A DNA stretch of 64,000 bases from Campylobacteraceae bacterium. Its GTDB lineage: Bacteria > Campylobacterota > Campylobacteria > Campylobacterales > JALSKU01. The stretch spans positions 3,700 through 67,699 of the forward strand of contig JALWUQ010000088.1 in the NCBI GenBank assembly GCA_026993075.1, written 5' to 3'. Each line of letters begins with the position of its first letter. Positions within the stretch are counted from its first letter, which is position 1. A program made the position numbers and the translations under genes. Shown here in pieces: positions 9,319 through 18,862 of the stretch. Under the pieces are notes generated by a model. The model did not search any database. It was given only the letters and a program-made list of their open reading frames with translations, and had not been told where the DNA came from.

Positions 9319-9413
9319 CCTAAAATCTCCTTTTTAAAAGGTGTAAAATCCTTGACAATTTGATTTGTATCTCTAATTGTATCAATATTGAAATATGATT
9401 TTTTAATTTTCAT
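9315..9413 (-). CDS. Candidate 32-aa small ORF between sdhA and sdhB (MKIKKSYFNIDTIRDTNQIVKDFTPFKKEILG)
   Basis: Hand translation. A GGAG lies 8 nt upstream of the ATG, which starts 12 nt after the sdhA stop. Its TGA overlaps the sdhB ATG (ATGA). It is below the ORF-track length cutoff. Confidence 0.35.
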   Translation of the reverse strand: MKIKKSYFNIDTIRDTNQIVKDFTPFKKEILG

Positions 9414-9425
9414 TGTTTCCGCTCC

Positions 9426-11147
9426 CTAATAAGTTCGTTCTTGTGGCTCAAAAATACCAAGTTGCACATCTTTGTATTCCATATTTATCTCACCGTTTTC
9501 ATTCATAGTAGCATAAGTATGTTTCAAAAAGTTTTTGTCATCTCTTTTTGGATAATCATCCCTAAAATGAGCACCGCGACTCTCTTTTCTTGCTATTGCA
9601 CCTTCAATTATAAAAAGTGAATAATCAAGCATGTGACCAAGTTCAAGTGCTTCTTGTAAGTCTGTATTATAAATTTTTGATTTATCATCAATTCTAATAT
9701 TTTTAAATCTTTCTCTAAGATTTTTTAATTTTCTTCTTTGTTTTAGCAGTGACTCCTCAGTTCTAAAAACACCAGCGTTTTTAGTCATACTTTCTTGAAG
9801 CTCAGTCCTTAAGACTGGAACTTTTTCATCTCCGCTTGAAGTTAAAATATTATTTATTTCATTGAGCATTCTATCAGCATCTTTCATATCCGGCTTTTTG
9901 TGAATTAAAAAGTCTTTATCATTCAAATCAGATACTATTGTCTGCCCTACATGTCTTCCGAAGAATATTGCTTCCAGCAGTGAGTTTGCGCCAAGTCTAT
10001 TGGCACCATGCACACTTACACAGGCACATTCTCCAGCAGCATAAAGTCCGTGTATTCTATGTTCTTGATTTAGTTTTGCTCTTCCATCATTATCTACTGG
10101 TATTCCTCCCATTGAGTAATGAGCGGTTGCAGCAATCATAATAGGTTCTTGTATCATGTCAAGTCCTAAAAATGTAATTGCTAAATCCCTCAATTCTGGT
10201 AATCTTGAGAGTATTTTATCTTTTCCTAAATGAGTTAAATCCAAATATACAGCATCTTTGTTAGGACCAATTCCTCTTCCTTCTAAAATCTCTTTTGTAA
10301 TAGCTCTGCTAACTAGATCTCTTGGTGCCAATTCCATCTTTTCAGGTGCATATTTTTCCATAAATCTTTCACCTTCGCTGTTAAAAAGTCTTCCACCTTC
10401 TCCTCTTGCAGCTTCACTTATAAGTATACCTGTACCAGCTAAACCTGTTGGATGAAATTGTACAAATTCCATATCTTTAAGAGGTAATCCATGTCTTGCA
10501 TAGATAGATAATCCATCGCCTGTATTGGCATGAGCATTTGAATTGATTTTATAAGCTCTTGCATACCCTCCAGTTGCTAACATTACAGCTTTCGCATTAA
10601 ATATAGCTGGTTCTAAGGTTTTAAGGTTATATGCAACAACACCATAGACATTTTTATCTTCTTGAATTATATCAGCCACATACCATTCATCCCAATATTC
10701 AACTCCATCACGATCTGCTTGTTCAAATATAGTTTGGAGTAAAGTGAGACCAGTCCGGTCTTTTGCGTAACAAGCTCTTGGGAAAGATTGACCTCCAAAA
10801 GGTCTTTGAGCAATATCTCCATTTTTCTCCCTGCTAAATACAACACCCATGCCCTCAACCCATCTTATAGTTTCCGGCGCACCTTCGCACATCAGTTTAA
10901 CAGCATCCTGGTCAGCCAAATAATCACTTCCTTTTATAGTATCAAACATATGCGAATCTATACTGTCTTTATCTTTTAAAGCAGCATTTATGCCGCCTTG
11001 AGCCGCACCCGAATGACTTCTTAGGGGATGAAGTTTACTTATTACTGCAACATGTTTTCCATGACTTTCTAACTCTCTAGCCGCAGCAAGCCCAGCAAGT
11101 CCAGCTCCAACAATAATTGCATCAAAACGGTGAATTGGTATATTCAT
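9426..11147 (-). CDS. sdhA: Succinate dehydrogenase/fumarate reductase flavoprotein subunit
   Basis: FAD-binding [21 protein letters not shown], and HPTG and RGEGG motifs. The start was moved to ATG 11147, preceded by GGAGGAAA. There is no twin-arginine signal. Confidence 0.92.
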   Translation of the reverse strand: MNIPIHRFDAIIVGAGLAGLAAARELESHGKHVAVISKLHPLRSHSGAAQGGINAALKDKDSIDSHMFDTIKGSDYLADQDAVKLMCEGAPETIRWVEGMGVVFSREKNGDIAQRPFGGQSFPRACYAKDRTGLTLLQTIFEQADRDGVEYWDEWYVADIIQEDKNVYGVVAYNLKTLEPAIFNAKAVMLATGGYARAYKINSNAHANTGDGLSIYARHGLPLKDMEFVQFHPTGLAGTGILISEAARGEGGRLFNSEGERFMEKYAPEKMELAPRDLVSRAITKEILEGRGIGPNKDAVYLDLTHLGKDKILSRLPELRDLAITFLGLDMIQEPIMIAATAHYSMGGIPVDNDGRAKLNQEHRIHGLYAAGECACVSVHGANRLGANSLLEAIFFGRHVGQTIVSDLNDKDFLIHKKPDMKDADRMLNEINNILTSSGDEKVPVLRTELQESMTKNAGVFRTEESLLKQRRKLKNLRERFKNIRIDDKSKIYNTDLQEALELGHMLDYSLFIIEGAIARKESRGAHFRDDYPKRDDKNFLKHTYATMNENGEINMEYKDVQLGIFEPQERTY

Positions 11148-11327
11148 GGGATATTTCCTCCAATAAATTTTCTTAAAACGAGTTACATTATACAAACACT
11201 TTCTTTAAAAAGTACAAAAAGTAACATTTTTTAATACAAAAATAATGCATTTGTTACATTTATACACAAAATAATCAATACAAAATTGTGTTATAATACT
11301 ATTTGTATATTTATATAAAGGTAAAGT

Positions 11328-12146
11328 TTGAATAAAGAAGATTATTTTATATCACTTTTCAATAATAAATTTCTCGGCGATGATGGTGCTGTAATAAAGA
11401 ATCAGGTTATATCGAAAGATCTTTTTTGCGAAGGAATACATTTTAAAAGAGAGTGGATGAGTTTGAGAGAGATTGCCATAAAAAGTATTCTCGTTAATGT
11501 CTCTGATGCTGTCGTAATGAATGCAAAGCCAAAATATGCGCTTTTGGGCATAATGTTACCGAAAGATTTTTCATTTGCAAATATGAGAGAGCTTAAAAGT
11601 GGATTTGATTTTGCCTGTTCAAACTATAATATAACAATAATAGGAGGAGATACAGTAGCTGGTGATAAACTTGATATATCTATTACTTTAATTTCAAAAA
11701 CAAAAAATCCAATAAGAAGAAAAGGAATGAAAAAGGGTGATTATCTGGCATATACCGGTGATATTGGCAATGTGAGAAAAGATTTAAAAAAATTATTAAA
11801 AGGTTTAAAAGTAAACAAAAAGTCTAAATTTACAGAACCAAAATTAAAAGATAAATTCTTTTATAAAGCTTCAAAGTACATTAGTAGTGCCTTGGATATT
11901 TCAGATGGATTATCCAAAGATCTCTCAAGACTCTCAAGTACAAATAAAGTTGGGTTTAAATTTAAGAAAAATTTTAGCAAAGAAGAATTTTGTAGTGGGG
12001 AAGAATATGAGATTCTTTTTTCATTTGATAAAAGAGATAAGCAAAAAATCTTATCTCTTGGAAAATTGACAAAAACACCTATAAATATCTTTGCCACAGC
12101 AAAAAGAGGAAGCTTTAAAAGCAGATGTAAAGGAAATCATTTTTAA
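11328..12146 (+). CDS. thiL: Thiamine-monophosphate kinase
   Basis: AIR-synthase-like motifs (GDDGAVI, EGIHF, NVSD..VMNAKP, GGDT). TTG start downstream of a TGTTATAAT extended -10. Confidence 0.85.
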   Translation: MNKEDYFISLFNNKFLGDDGAVIKNQVISKDLFCEGIHFKREWMSLREIAIKSILVNVSDAVVMNAKPKYALLGIMLPKDFSFANMRELKSGFDFACSNYNITIIGGDTVAGDKLDISITLISKTKNPIRRKGMKKGDYLAYTGDIGNVRKDLKKLLKGLKVNKKSKFTEPKLKDKFFYKASKYISSALDISDGLSKDLSRLSSTNKVGFKFKKNFSKEEFCSGEEYEILFSFDKRDKQKILSLGKLTKTPINIFATAKRGSFKSRCKGNHF

Positions 12147-12155
12147 GCCAATCCC

Positions 12156-12398
12156 TCAACCGCCTCCAACTTTTGGAAATATGGAAAAAGTATCACCATC
12201 TTTTAATATATAGTCTTTTTTAACATGTCTACCATTTACCATTAAAACACCTATTGGTAAATCATCTTCATCTATTCCTATATCGCTTACTATATCCGCA
12301 GCACTTATATCCTGAGGGTAAATCTTTTGATCTACTTTAAATCTACCCTCTCTGTAATGTGCAAAAAGCTTAACAGTAATGTTAATGCTATTTTTCAT
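12156..12398 (-). CDS. MoaD/ThiS-family ubiquitin-like sulfur carrier protein
   Basis: 80 aa ending ...IFPKVGGG (C-terminal Gly-Gly). The ATG at 12398 overlaps the AOR stop by 11 nt. The longer ORF-track N-terminus lies inside aor and is rejected. Confidence 0.7.
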   Translation of the reverse strand: MKNSINITVKLFAHYREGRFKVDQKIYPQDISAADIVSDIGIDEDDLPIGVLMVNGRHVKKDYILKDGDTFSIFPKVGGG

Positions 12399-14136
12399 CA
12401 AGATAGCCCCATACACTATCAAGTTCTTCATTTGTAAAATCCCAAACAACATTGTGAGGAGGAAGTTGTTCATACTTCATAAATTCAGGAAGTCTATCAT
12501 CGCTATTTGTAAGACCTGCTTTTTTATTAAATTCTCTTTCTATTTTTATTATATTTTCACCTAAACTAGTTACATCTTCAGCTGTTAAATTTATACCAAA
12601 TCTGGCATTTATCATATCTATTAGTGCCGGTAAACATTTAGGATCATCAAGTGCGGGAAAAGCTACAAAGATACACATTCCTGTACTGTCAACTGCTGCT
12701 GAGGCAATTTGCAGATTTCTGGATAATTCCAACTGTCCGTCTTTTTTGAGCGGATCTATGTATCCTCCACTATTTAATATATTTGTAGCGACTGCATAAC
12801 CTGCTGTATGATCTGCTCCCATTGGTGTAGTAGCATAAGTTACACCTTGACCTTTAACAGCTCGTGGTTCATAAGCAGGAATTCCTTGGTTTTTAACAAC
12901 AGGAACCCTTACAAGTCCATAGAGTTTGCCAAGATTACCGGCACCGCTTCCAATAATTCTTCCAAGCGGAGTACCTTTTGCCAATTCATATTTTAGTATT
13001 TCATAAGCTCTCTCACCATCACCGTATTCAATAATCCCAGCATCAACGGCAAGACTTAAAGTTACTCCTGTTTCTATGGCATCAACCCCTATATCATCCA
13101 TCAAAGCATCGATTTTAGCTATCATATCTAAATCTTTGATACCGAGATTTGCTCCAAATGCCCAAATCATTTCATACTCAAACCCGGAAGTTAAGTAATT
13201 TCCATCTTTATCATCATATACTTGAGAGCATTGTATGACACACCCTGCATGACATCCATGAGTGGTTTTCCCGCCCCTTTCTTTTATATTTTCCGCCATA
13301 GTTTCACCAGAAATATTTTCAGCAAATTCAAAATTACCGCTTCTAAAATTTCTAGTTGGCAAAGCTCCAGCTTCATTAATAATATTTACTAGTACATCTG
13401 TGCCAAAAGCAGGAAGACCTTCACCGCTTATAGGGTTGTCTTTTAATGCTTTTGTAAAAATTTTACTTGCTTCTTTAAATTTTTCAGGATCAGCTATGGT
13501 TGCTTCTTTGTACTTTTCGGCATCAACTGTTATACATTTTATCTTTTTAGAACCCATAACAGCACCCATTCCGCCTCTGCCATGACTTCTAAACTTGCCT
13601 TGAGGATCTTTTACTGAAATATTAGAAACCAACATTTTCATTTCGCCGGGACGGCCTATGGTCATAACAGCGACTTTTTTATTATATTTTTCTAGCATAG
13701 CATCTAAAACAGCATAATTATCTTTTCCAACAAGTTCTGGCACTGCTTCAATCTCTACTTTTTCTTTTGTAACATGCAAATGATAAAAGGTCGAGTCATC
13801 TTCAGGAATACCTTCTATGATAAGAGCCTTAACTCCGAGTTTTGCAAATATTCCTGCACTTGTTCCACCGACATTACTTTCTTTTATACCACCTGTTAAC
13901 GGACTTTTGGCTCCAAGTGAGTTTCTACCTGAATTTGCAGCAGTTGTACCTGAGAGAAGTCCTGGTGCAAATACCATTTTATTATTTGGTCCAAGCGGAT
14001 GACATTCAGGATCTACCTCGGCCGCTACGATAGTAGAAGTCAATCCTCTGCCTCCCAATCCCTTCCACTCCTGCGGAACATCTTCTATTTTATAACTTAA
14101 GTCTTTCATGTTGACTCTGTAAATTTTATCTGACAT
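12388..14136 (-). CDS. aor: Aldehyde:ferredoxin oxidoreductase family (tungsto-/molybdopterin enzyme)
   Basis: The N-terminal AOR domain (GLGGRGL.S......V.P...PLGP.N...FA.G.L.GT......R.....KSPLTGG) and the 582-aa length are typical of the AOR family. Confidence 0.9.
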   Translation of the reverse strand: MSDKIYRVNMKDLSYKIEDVPQEWKGLGGRGLTSTIVAAEVDPECHPLGPNNKMVFAPGLLSGTTAANSGRNSLGAKSPLTGGIKESNVGGTSAGIFAKLGVKALIIEGIPEDDSTFYHLHVTKEKVEIEAVPELVGKDNYAVLDAMLEKYNKKVAVMTIGRPGEMKMLVSNISVKDPQGKFRSHGRGGMGAVMGSKKIKCITVDAEKYKEATIADPEKFKEASKIFTKALKDNPISGEGLPAFGTDVLVNIINEAGALPTRNFRSGNFEFAENISGETMAENIKERGGKTTHGCHAGCVIQCSQVYDDKDGNYLTSGFEYEMIWAFGANLGIKDLDMIAKIDALMDDIGVDAIETGVTLSLAVDAGIIEYGDGERAYEILKYELAKGTPLGRIIGSGAGNLGKLYGLVRVPVVKNQGIPAYEPRAVKGQGVTYATTPMGADHTAGYAVATNILNSGGYIDPLKKDGQLELSRNLQIASAAVDSTGMCIFVAFPALDDPKCLPALIDMINARFGINLTAEDVTSLGENIIKIEREFNKKAGLTNSDDRLPEFMKYEQLPPHNVVWDFTNEELDSVWGYLDEK

Positions 14137-14372
14137 GATATCTCCTTATTTATTATTTGCAATTATTTTAGCACTTTTTACTGTGAAATAGCAAGAAAAA
14201 TTATAAAATTATATTATGCTTTTTTTGCATATTAATATTTAACACAATATATACATCTTTGGGTGTAAAAAGTTTATGATATTATGGGTGTCTGTATTGT
14301 GCAGTGGTCTCTTTAAGTATAAAGTCAATATAATTTCAGGTTAGTTATAAAAAAATAAAATTATGGAAAAAG

Positions 14373-15470
14373 ATGATGGATAGATTATATTATACAAATC
14401 ATTCTCCAATAGATGTTCATTTTAGTAAAAACAGTAGAGATTTTATTGTAGAAGAAGTTCCTTTGTATGAATTTAGCGGGGTTGGCGAACATCTTGTCTT
14501 AAAAGTTAGAAAAAAGGATATGACCACTTGGGAGATGGTTCAAAAATTTAGTGAATTTTTAGGATGTAAAGTTAGAGATATCGGGTATGCGGGGTTAAAA
14601 GATAAAGATGGATTGACTTCCCAATTTATTTCAATCTATAAAAAATATGAACAAAAGCTTGAAAATTTAGGTGATATAAAGATAAAAATATTACAAAAAT
14701 ATTACCATAGCAATAAATTAAGAATCGGACATTTAAAAGGTAATAATTTTTATTTAAGATTAAAAAAGGTCAATCCAGTTAATGCTCAAAAACTTGAAGA
14801 AGCATTGAATATAATACAAAAAGAGGGTATGGCAAATTATTTTGGATACCAAAGATTTGGTCGTGATAAAAATAATTATGAAATAGGAAAAGATATACTT
14901 TTTGGGAAAAAAAGAGAAAGAGACAGAAAAAAGAGAAAATTTTTTATCAGTGCATATCAAAGTCATATTTTCAACTTATGGCTAAGCAAAAGAGTTGAAA
15001 TGAGTAAACTTTTTAATTCATTTAATTTAAAAGAACTTGATGATTTGTTTGATTATCCTAAAATTATTTTAAACAATATCATAAAGCAAAAAACTTTTTT
15101 TAAAATATTACCGGGAGATATAGGGCATCATTATCCCTATGGGAAAGCTTTTGAATGTGGTGATTTGAGTGTAGAATCTAAAAGATTTGAAAATAAAGAG
15201 ATTACAATAACAGGTTTTTTACCAGGTTCAAAATCTACAAGTGCAGTTGATTTAGCAGGTATCATAGAAAAAGATTTTATACAAGAGAGCGAAGCTGTGA
15301 TGGATAAAATGCAAGGTTCAAGAAGATTTGCCTGGATATTTCCTGAAATTTTAAATTATAAATATAAAAAAGAAGAAGCTTGGTTTGAGTTTTCTTTTTT
15401 CTTGCCAAAAGGCTCTTATGCCACTGTTTTGCTTGAAGAAATATTGCATAAAAAAATTCAGGATTTTTAA
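14373..15470 (+). CDS. truD: tRNA pseudouridine(13) synthase
   Basis: GYAGLKDKDGLTSQ and NYFGYQRFG motifs, 365 aa. Confidence 0.9.
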   Translation: MMDRLYYTNHSPIDVHFSKNSRDFIVEEVPLYEFSGVGEHLVLKVRKKDMTTWEMVQKFSEFLGCKVRDIGYAGLKDKDGLTSQFISIYKKYEQKLENLGDIKIKILQKYYHSNKLRIGHLKGNNFYLRLKKVNPVNAQKLEEALNIIQKEGMANYFGYQRFGRDKNNYEIGKDILFGKKRERDRKKRKFFISAYQSHIFNLWLSKRVEMSKLFNSFNLKELDDLFDYPKIILNNIIKQKTFFKILPGDIGHHYPYGKAFECGDLSVESKRFENKEITITGFLPGSKSTSAVDLAGIIEKDFIQESEAVMDKMQGSRRFAWIFPEILNYKYKKEEAWFEFSFFLPKGSYATVLLEEILHKKIQDF

Positions 15471-15484
15471 AATATTTATTTTTA

Positions 15485-15791
15485 TGATATAATATCTAAC
15501 TTTGTGATATTGAGGTTATACTGTGTTGATTTTGACAAATGACAATTTTTTAAATGATATGATTATATGTACATATTTTTCTACAATAAATGTAAAAAAT
15601 CCGGTACATTGCAACTGTATCTTTAAAAGAAAATGCAGTATTATTTTAAAAATTACAAAAAATCTTGGAAAACCTCATTGTAATTGTGAAAATTACAGTT
15701 TTCGGCGAACGGGTATCTCTCCTCCAAAACTCCTTGTAGCATAATAAAATAATCAAAAACTTTTTATAAATAATTAAACAAGGATATAACT
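15485..15791 (+). promoter_or_regulatory. metE promoter plus long structured leader (candidate cobalamin-type riboswitch/attenuator)
   Basis: Extended -10 TGATATAAT at 15485-15493. AATCCGGTAC..GCAACTGTA (15598-15619) and TTGGAAAACCTCA (15664-15676) loosely resemble the cobalamin core and B12 box. There are mutually exclusive hairpins, AATTACAA/TTGTAATT (15651-15685) versus TGTAATT/AATTACA+GTTTT (15679-15702). TCCTTGT (15731-15737) can pair with the SD region ACAAGGA (15778-15784). Confidence 0.4.
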
Positions 15792-18059
15792 ATGGCTAAA
15801 AATTGGGTTACAGGCTTTCCTAGAATTGGAGAGCAAAGAGAGCTTAAGAAGGCATTAGAGTCTTATTGGGCGGAAAAAAGCGGATTTGATGAAGCTGAAA
15901 AAACTTCTAAAATTTTAAAACAAAGACATTGGCAGTATCAACAAGATGCAGGTGTGGAGCATATAAGTTGTAATGATTTTTCATTGTATGATAATATGCT
16001 TGATATGAGTGTATCCTTAGGAGCGATACCGTCAAGATTTCAAGATATAAAAAATGAACATGAGCTTTACTTTGCCATGGCAAGAGGAAGCAAGAATGCT
16101 ACTGCAATGTCAATGACAAAATGGTTCAATACAAATTATCACTATATAGTGCCGGAACTTTCTATAAAAGATAAATATAAATTAAATATTAAAAAGATAA
16201 AAAATGAATATCTTGAAGCAAGAGAATTCGGTATAAAGCCTAAGATAAACCTTATAGGAATTATCACATATATTGCTCTTTCAAAAGCGATAGATTTTGA
16301 AGATAAATTTCAAATTTTTGATAAAATTTTACCTATATATGAAGAGCTTCTGCAAGAAATTTCAAAATTTGATAAAGAAGTTATTGTTCAATTTGACGAG
16401 CCATATTTTGCCAAAGATTGTACTTCAAAAGAGTTATCACTTTTAAAAATTGCTTATGATAGACTAAGTAGTGTTTCAAAGCATATAAAAATAGCTGTTG
16501 TTACTTACTTTGAGCATTCAAGTGAAGCTACTCTTGTTTTGGTAAATACAGGCATTTGGGCAATAGGGCTTGATTTTGTGTATGGTTCGAAAAATATAAA
16601 TGTACTTCCTGAGATAGCAAAAAACAATAAAGTGTTAATAGCTGGAGTTATAGACGGGCGAAATATTTGGATAAGCGATATAGAAAAAAAAGTTTCACTG
16701 CTAAATGAAATATCTTCACAGATAAACAAAGATAGGCTTATAGTCTCAACTTCTTGCTCGCTTTTACATGTGCCTTTTACACTCAAATATGAAGATAAAC
16801 TTGATAATGAGATAAAAAGCTGGATTGCATTTGCAGTAGAAAAAATTGGTGAATTAAATCTTATTTCAAATTTATTTTTTAATGGTATGAATGCTTTGAA
16901 TGATGAAGATAAAAAGCAGTTAGCCGCAAACAAAAGAGCTTTGCATTTTAGAAAAGTTTCCAAAAAAATTCATAATGAAGAGGTGAAAGCAAGGATAAGC
17001 ACTATAAATTCAAGTAATAGAGAATTGCCTTACAGTGAAAGAATAAAAATACAAAAAAAAGTTTTAAATCTTCCTGTTTTGCCGACAACTACAATAGGTT
17101 CATTTCCTCAAACAGTTGAACTTAGAAAAGCAAGAAGAGAGTATAAAAATGGTGATATATCAAAAGAATCTTATGAGAAAGAGATTAAAAACTATATAGA
17201 TGAATGTATTGAATTTCAAGAGAGTATAGGGCTTGATGTGTTAGTTCACGGTGAACCTGAAAGAAATGACATGGTTGAATATTTTGGCGAAATGCTTGAT
17301 GGTTTTGCCTTTTCAAAAAATGGCTGGGTGCAAAGCTATGGTAGCAGATGTGTTAAGCCTCCACTTATCTTTGGAGATGTCAGCAGGCCGCTTGCTATGA
17401 CAGTAGAGTGGATCAAGTATGCCAAAAGTAAAACAAAGCAAATCGTCAAAGGTATGTTAACCGGTCCTGTAACCATCCTTAACTGGTCATTTGTAAGAGA
17501 TGACCAGCCAAAAGAAGTTACTTCTATGCAAATCGCTTTATCTATAGCTGATGAGATAAATGATTTGCAAAATGCCGGTGTAAAAATAATACAAGTTGAT
17601 GAGGCAGCCTTTAAAGAAGGATATCCTCTTAGAAATGAAAATATAAAATCGTATGAAAAATGGGCGGTTGAGAGCTTTAAAATCTCTACCTCTGTTGCAA
17701 AAAATAAAACACAAATCCATACCCACATGTGTTATAGTGATTTTAATGATATCATGCAAACAATCGAAGCTATGGATGCCGATGTTATCACAATCGAAAC
17801 TTCAAGAAGTGGTAACAGGCTTTTGAAAGTTTTCAAAGAGGTCGGATATAAAAAAGAGATTGGACCGGGAGTTTATGATATACACTCACCGAGAATCCCA
17901 AGTGTAGATGAGATAAAAGAGCAAATAGTAAAATTACTTGAAGTGTTGCCAAAAGAGCAACTATGGATAAATCCTGATTGTGGTTTAAAAACTAGAAAAT
18001 GGAATGAAGTTAAACCAAGTTTAAAAAATATGGTAGAAGCAGTAAAAAGTAATAGATAA
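15792..18059 (+). CDS. metE: Cobalamin-independent methionine synthase (5-methyltetrahydropteroyltriglutamate-homocysteine methyltransferase)
   Basis: 755 aa, N-terminus GFPRIGEQRELKKALE.YW, and C-terminal Zn-site region (IHTHMCYS..., PDCGLKTR). Confidence 0.95.
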   Translation: MAKNWVTGFPRIGEQRELKKALESYWAEKSGFDEAEKTSKILKQRHWQYQQDAGVEHISCNDFSLYDNMLDMSVSLGAIPSRFQDIKNEHELYFAMARGSKNATAMSMTKWFNTNYHYIVPELSIKDKYKLNIKKIKNEYLEAREFGIKPKINLIGIITYIALSKAIDFEDKFQIFDKILPIYEELLQEISKFDKEVIVQFDEPYFAKDCTSKELSLLKIAYDRLSSVSKHIKIAVVTYFEHSSEATLVLVNTGIWAIGLDFVYGSKNINVLPEIAKNNKVLIAGVIDGRNIWISDIEKKVSLLNEISSQINKDRLIVSTSCSLLHVPFTLKYEDKLDNEIKSWIAFAVEKIGELNLISNLFFNGMNALNDEDKKQLAANKRALHFRKVSKKIHNEEVKARISTINSSNRELPYSERIKIQKKVLNLPVLPTTTIGSFPQTVELRKARREYKNGDISKESYEKEIKNYIDECIEFQESIGLDVLVHGEPERNDMVEYFGEMLDGFAFSKNGWVQSYGSRCVKPPLIFGDVSRPLAMTVEWIKYAKSKTKQIVKGMLTGPVTILNWSFVRDDQPKEVTSMQIALSIADEINDLQNAGVKIIQVDEAAFKEGYPLRNENIKSYEKWAVESFKISTSVAKNKTQIHTHMCYSDFNDIMQTIEAMDADVITIETSRSGNRLLKVFKEVGYKKEIGPGVYDIHSPRIPSVDEIKEQIVKLLEVLPKEQLWINPDCGLKTRKWNEVKPSLKNMVEAVKSNR

Positions 18060-18065
18060 ATTTTT

Positions 18066-18089
18066 CGGCTACGGATAAAATCGTAGCCG
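18066..18089. terminator. GC-rich hairpin between convergent metE and the cinA-like gene
   Basis: CGGCTACG-gataaaat-CGTAGCCG is an unusually GC-rich stem for this genome. It has no canonical U-tract on either side. Confidence 0.5.
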
Positions 18090-18105
18090 GATGCCTAACT
18101 GAATT

Positions 18106-18849
18106 TTAGAGATCTTTTATCTCTAATTCTTTCTTGGCAGTTTCAGTTTTAAAAAAGTTGCACCATTTTTTAACTTTTTTTTGATCTTTATCGGCTATGT
18201 ATACTTCTACATATCTTTTTTCACCTACAAATTTTGGGAGTGAAGAAAACTCAATATTAGGTGGCAAAGCTTCCATGATACTTATAAGTTCATTTTCGCT
18301 TGAAGTTACTATAAAGTTACAAAAATATTTTTTTTCATTTTTAGGATAAAATCTATCCAATGCTTCTACTATCATGTGCTGTGACATTTGTGGAAAACCA
18401 GGAACAAAGAAAAACCTTTCATCTATCCCAAATCCAGGAACTTTATTGACTGTATTTTTAAGCAATATAGCATTTTTTGGAAGATTTGCCATATTGACTC
18501 TGTATGGATAAGCATCTTCTTTAAACTGCTCTTTTATAAGTGCAAGTGCCTTTTTGTTTTGTTCTGTTTCTCCATTAGTAAAAATATCAGCTGCTGCCTT
18601 TCTTGTGAAGTCATCAGGAGTAGCACCAATACCACCAAAACTAAACATCACAGAATTTGGATCTTTTTTAACAAGACTAAATACATCTTTCATAAAAGAA
18701 GGATCATCTTTTATGACAAAGTTTGCTTTTTGCTCCCATCCTCTTGCCAAAAGCTCATCATTTAAGAATTTAAAATGCTTATCCTGTCTTCTTCCGTTAA
18801 AAAGTTCTGTTCCTATGATTACGCTGTAAAAAGATGGGTTTTTTATCAT
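18106..18849 (-). CDS. Molybdopterin-binding (MoCF biosynthesis) domain protein, CinA N-terminal-like
   Basis: The pattern IIGTELFNGRRQDKHF.FL...L...G and FSFGGIGATPDDFT matches the MoCF/CinA N-terminal domain. Confidence 0.7.
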   Translation of the reverse strand: MIKNPSFYSVIIGTELFNGRRQDKHFKFLNDELLARGWEQKANFVIKDDPSFMKDVFSLVKKDPNSVMFSFGGIGATPDDFTRKAAADIFTNGETEQNKKALALIKEQFKEDAYPYRVNMANLPKNAILLKNTVNKVPGFGIDERFFFVPGFPQMSQHMIVEALDRFYPKNEKKYFCNFIVTSSENELISIMEALPPNIEFSSLPKFVGEKRYVEVYIADKDQKKVKKWCNFFKTETAKKELEIKDL

Positions 18850-18862
18850 TTTTTCCTCTATA

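Noticed and set aside
9426-11195. Possibility that the flavoprotein is a periplasm-facing Mfr-type fumarate reductase, and the longer N-terminus given in the ORF track
   Set aside because: There is no twin-arginine signal. The protein begins directly with the FAD-binding fold after ATG 11147, which has a strong GGAGGAAA SD. The upstream 16 codons lack an RBS.
12399-12473. N-terminal extension of the MoaD-like ORF, and similar 5' extensions at 45238-45273, 47327-47350, 52530-52550, 56851-56874, 59448-59465 and 19442-19474
   Set aside because: The extensions overlap upstream genes or promoter elements and lack an SD. Internal ATGs with good SD sequences give products matching family-typical N-termini.
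14137-14372. 236-nt aor/truD divergent intergenic region, inspected for an RNA gene; it contains a TGGGTGT direct repeat
   Set aside because: I found no tRNA-like, SRP-like or other recognisable RNA structure and no extended conservation signal. It is most simply two divergent promoters.
15523-15744. 73-aa ORF in the metE upstream region
   Set aside because: It has a non-ATG start, no Shine-Dalgarno and an odd composition (C/N/I-rich). It lies entirely within the predicted structured metE leader, so it is more plausibly non-coding regulatory RNA.
16505-16963. Long antisense ORFs inside well-supported genes (this one in metE; also 17336-17728, 20804-21226, 18388-18765, 13262-13585, 1357-1692, 26599-26940, 55463-55798 and the shorter ones in the track)
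   Set aside because: They are shadow frames opposite strongly supported conserved genes. Their products are low-complexity S/F/L/I-rich sequences with no RBS and no recognisable motifs.
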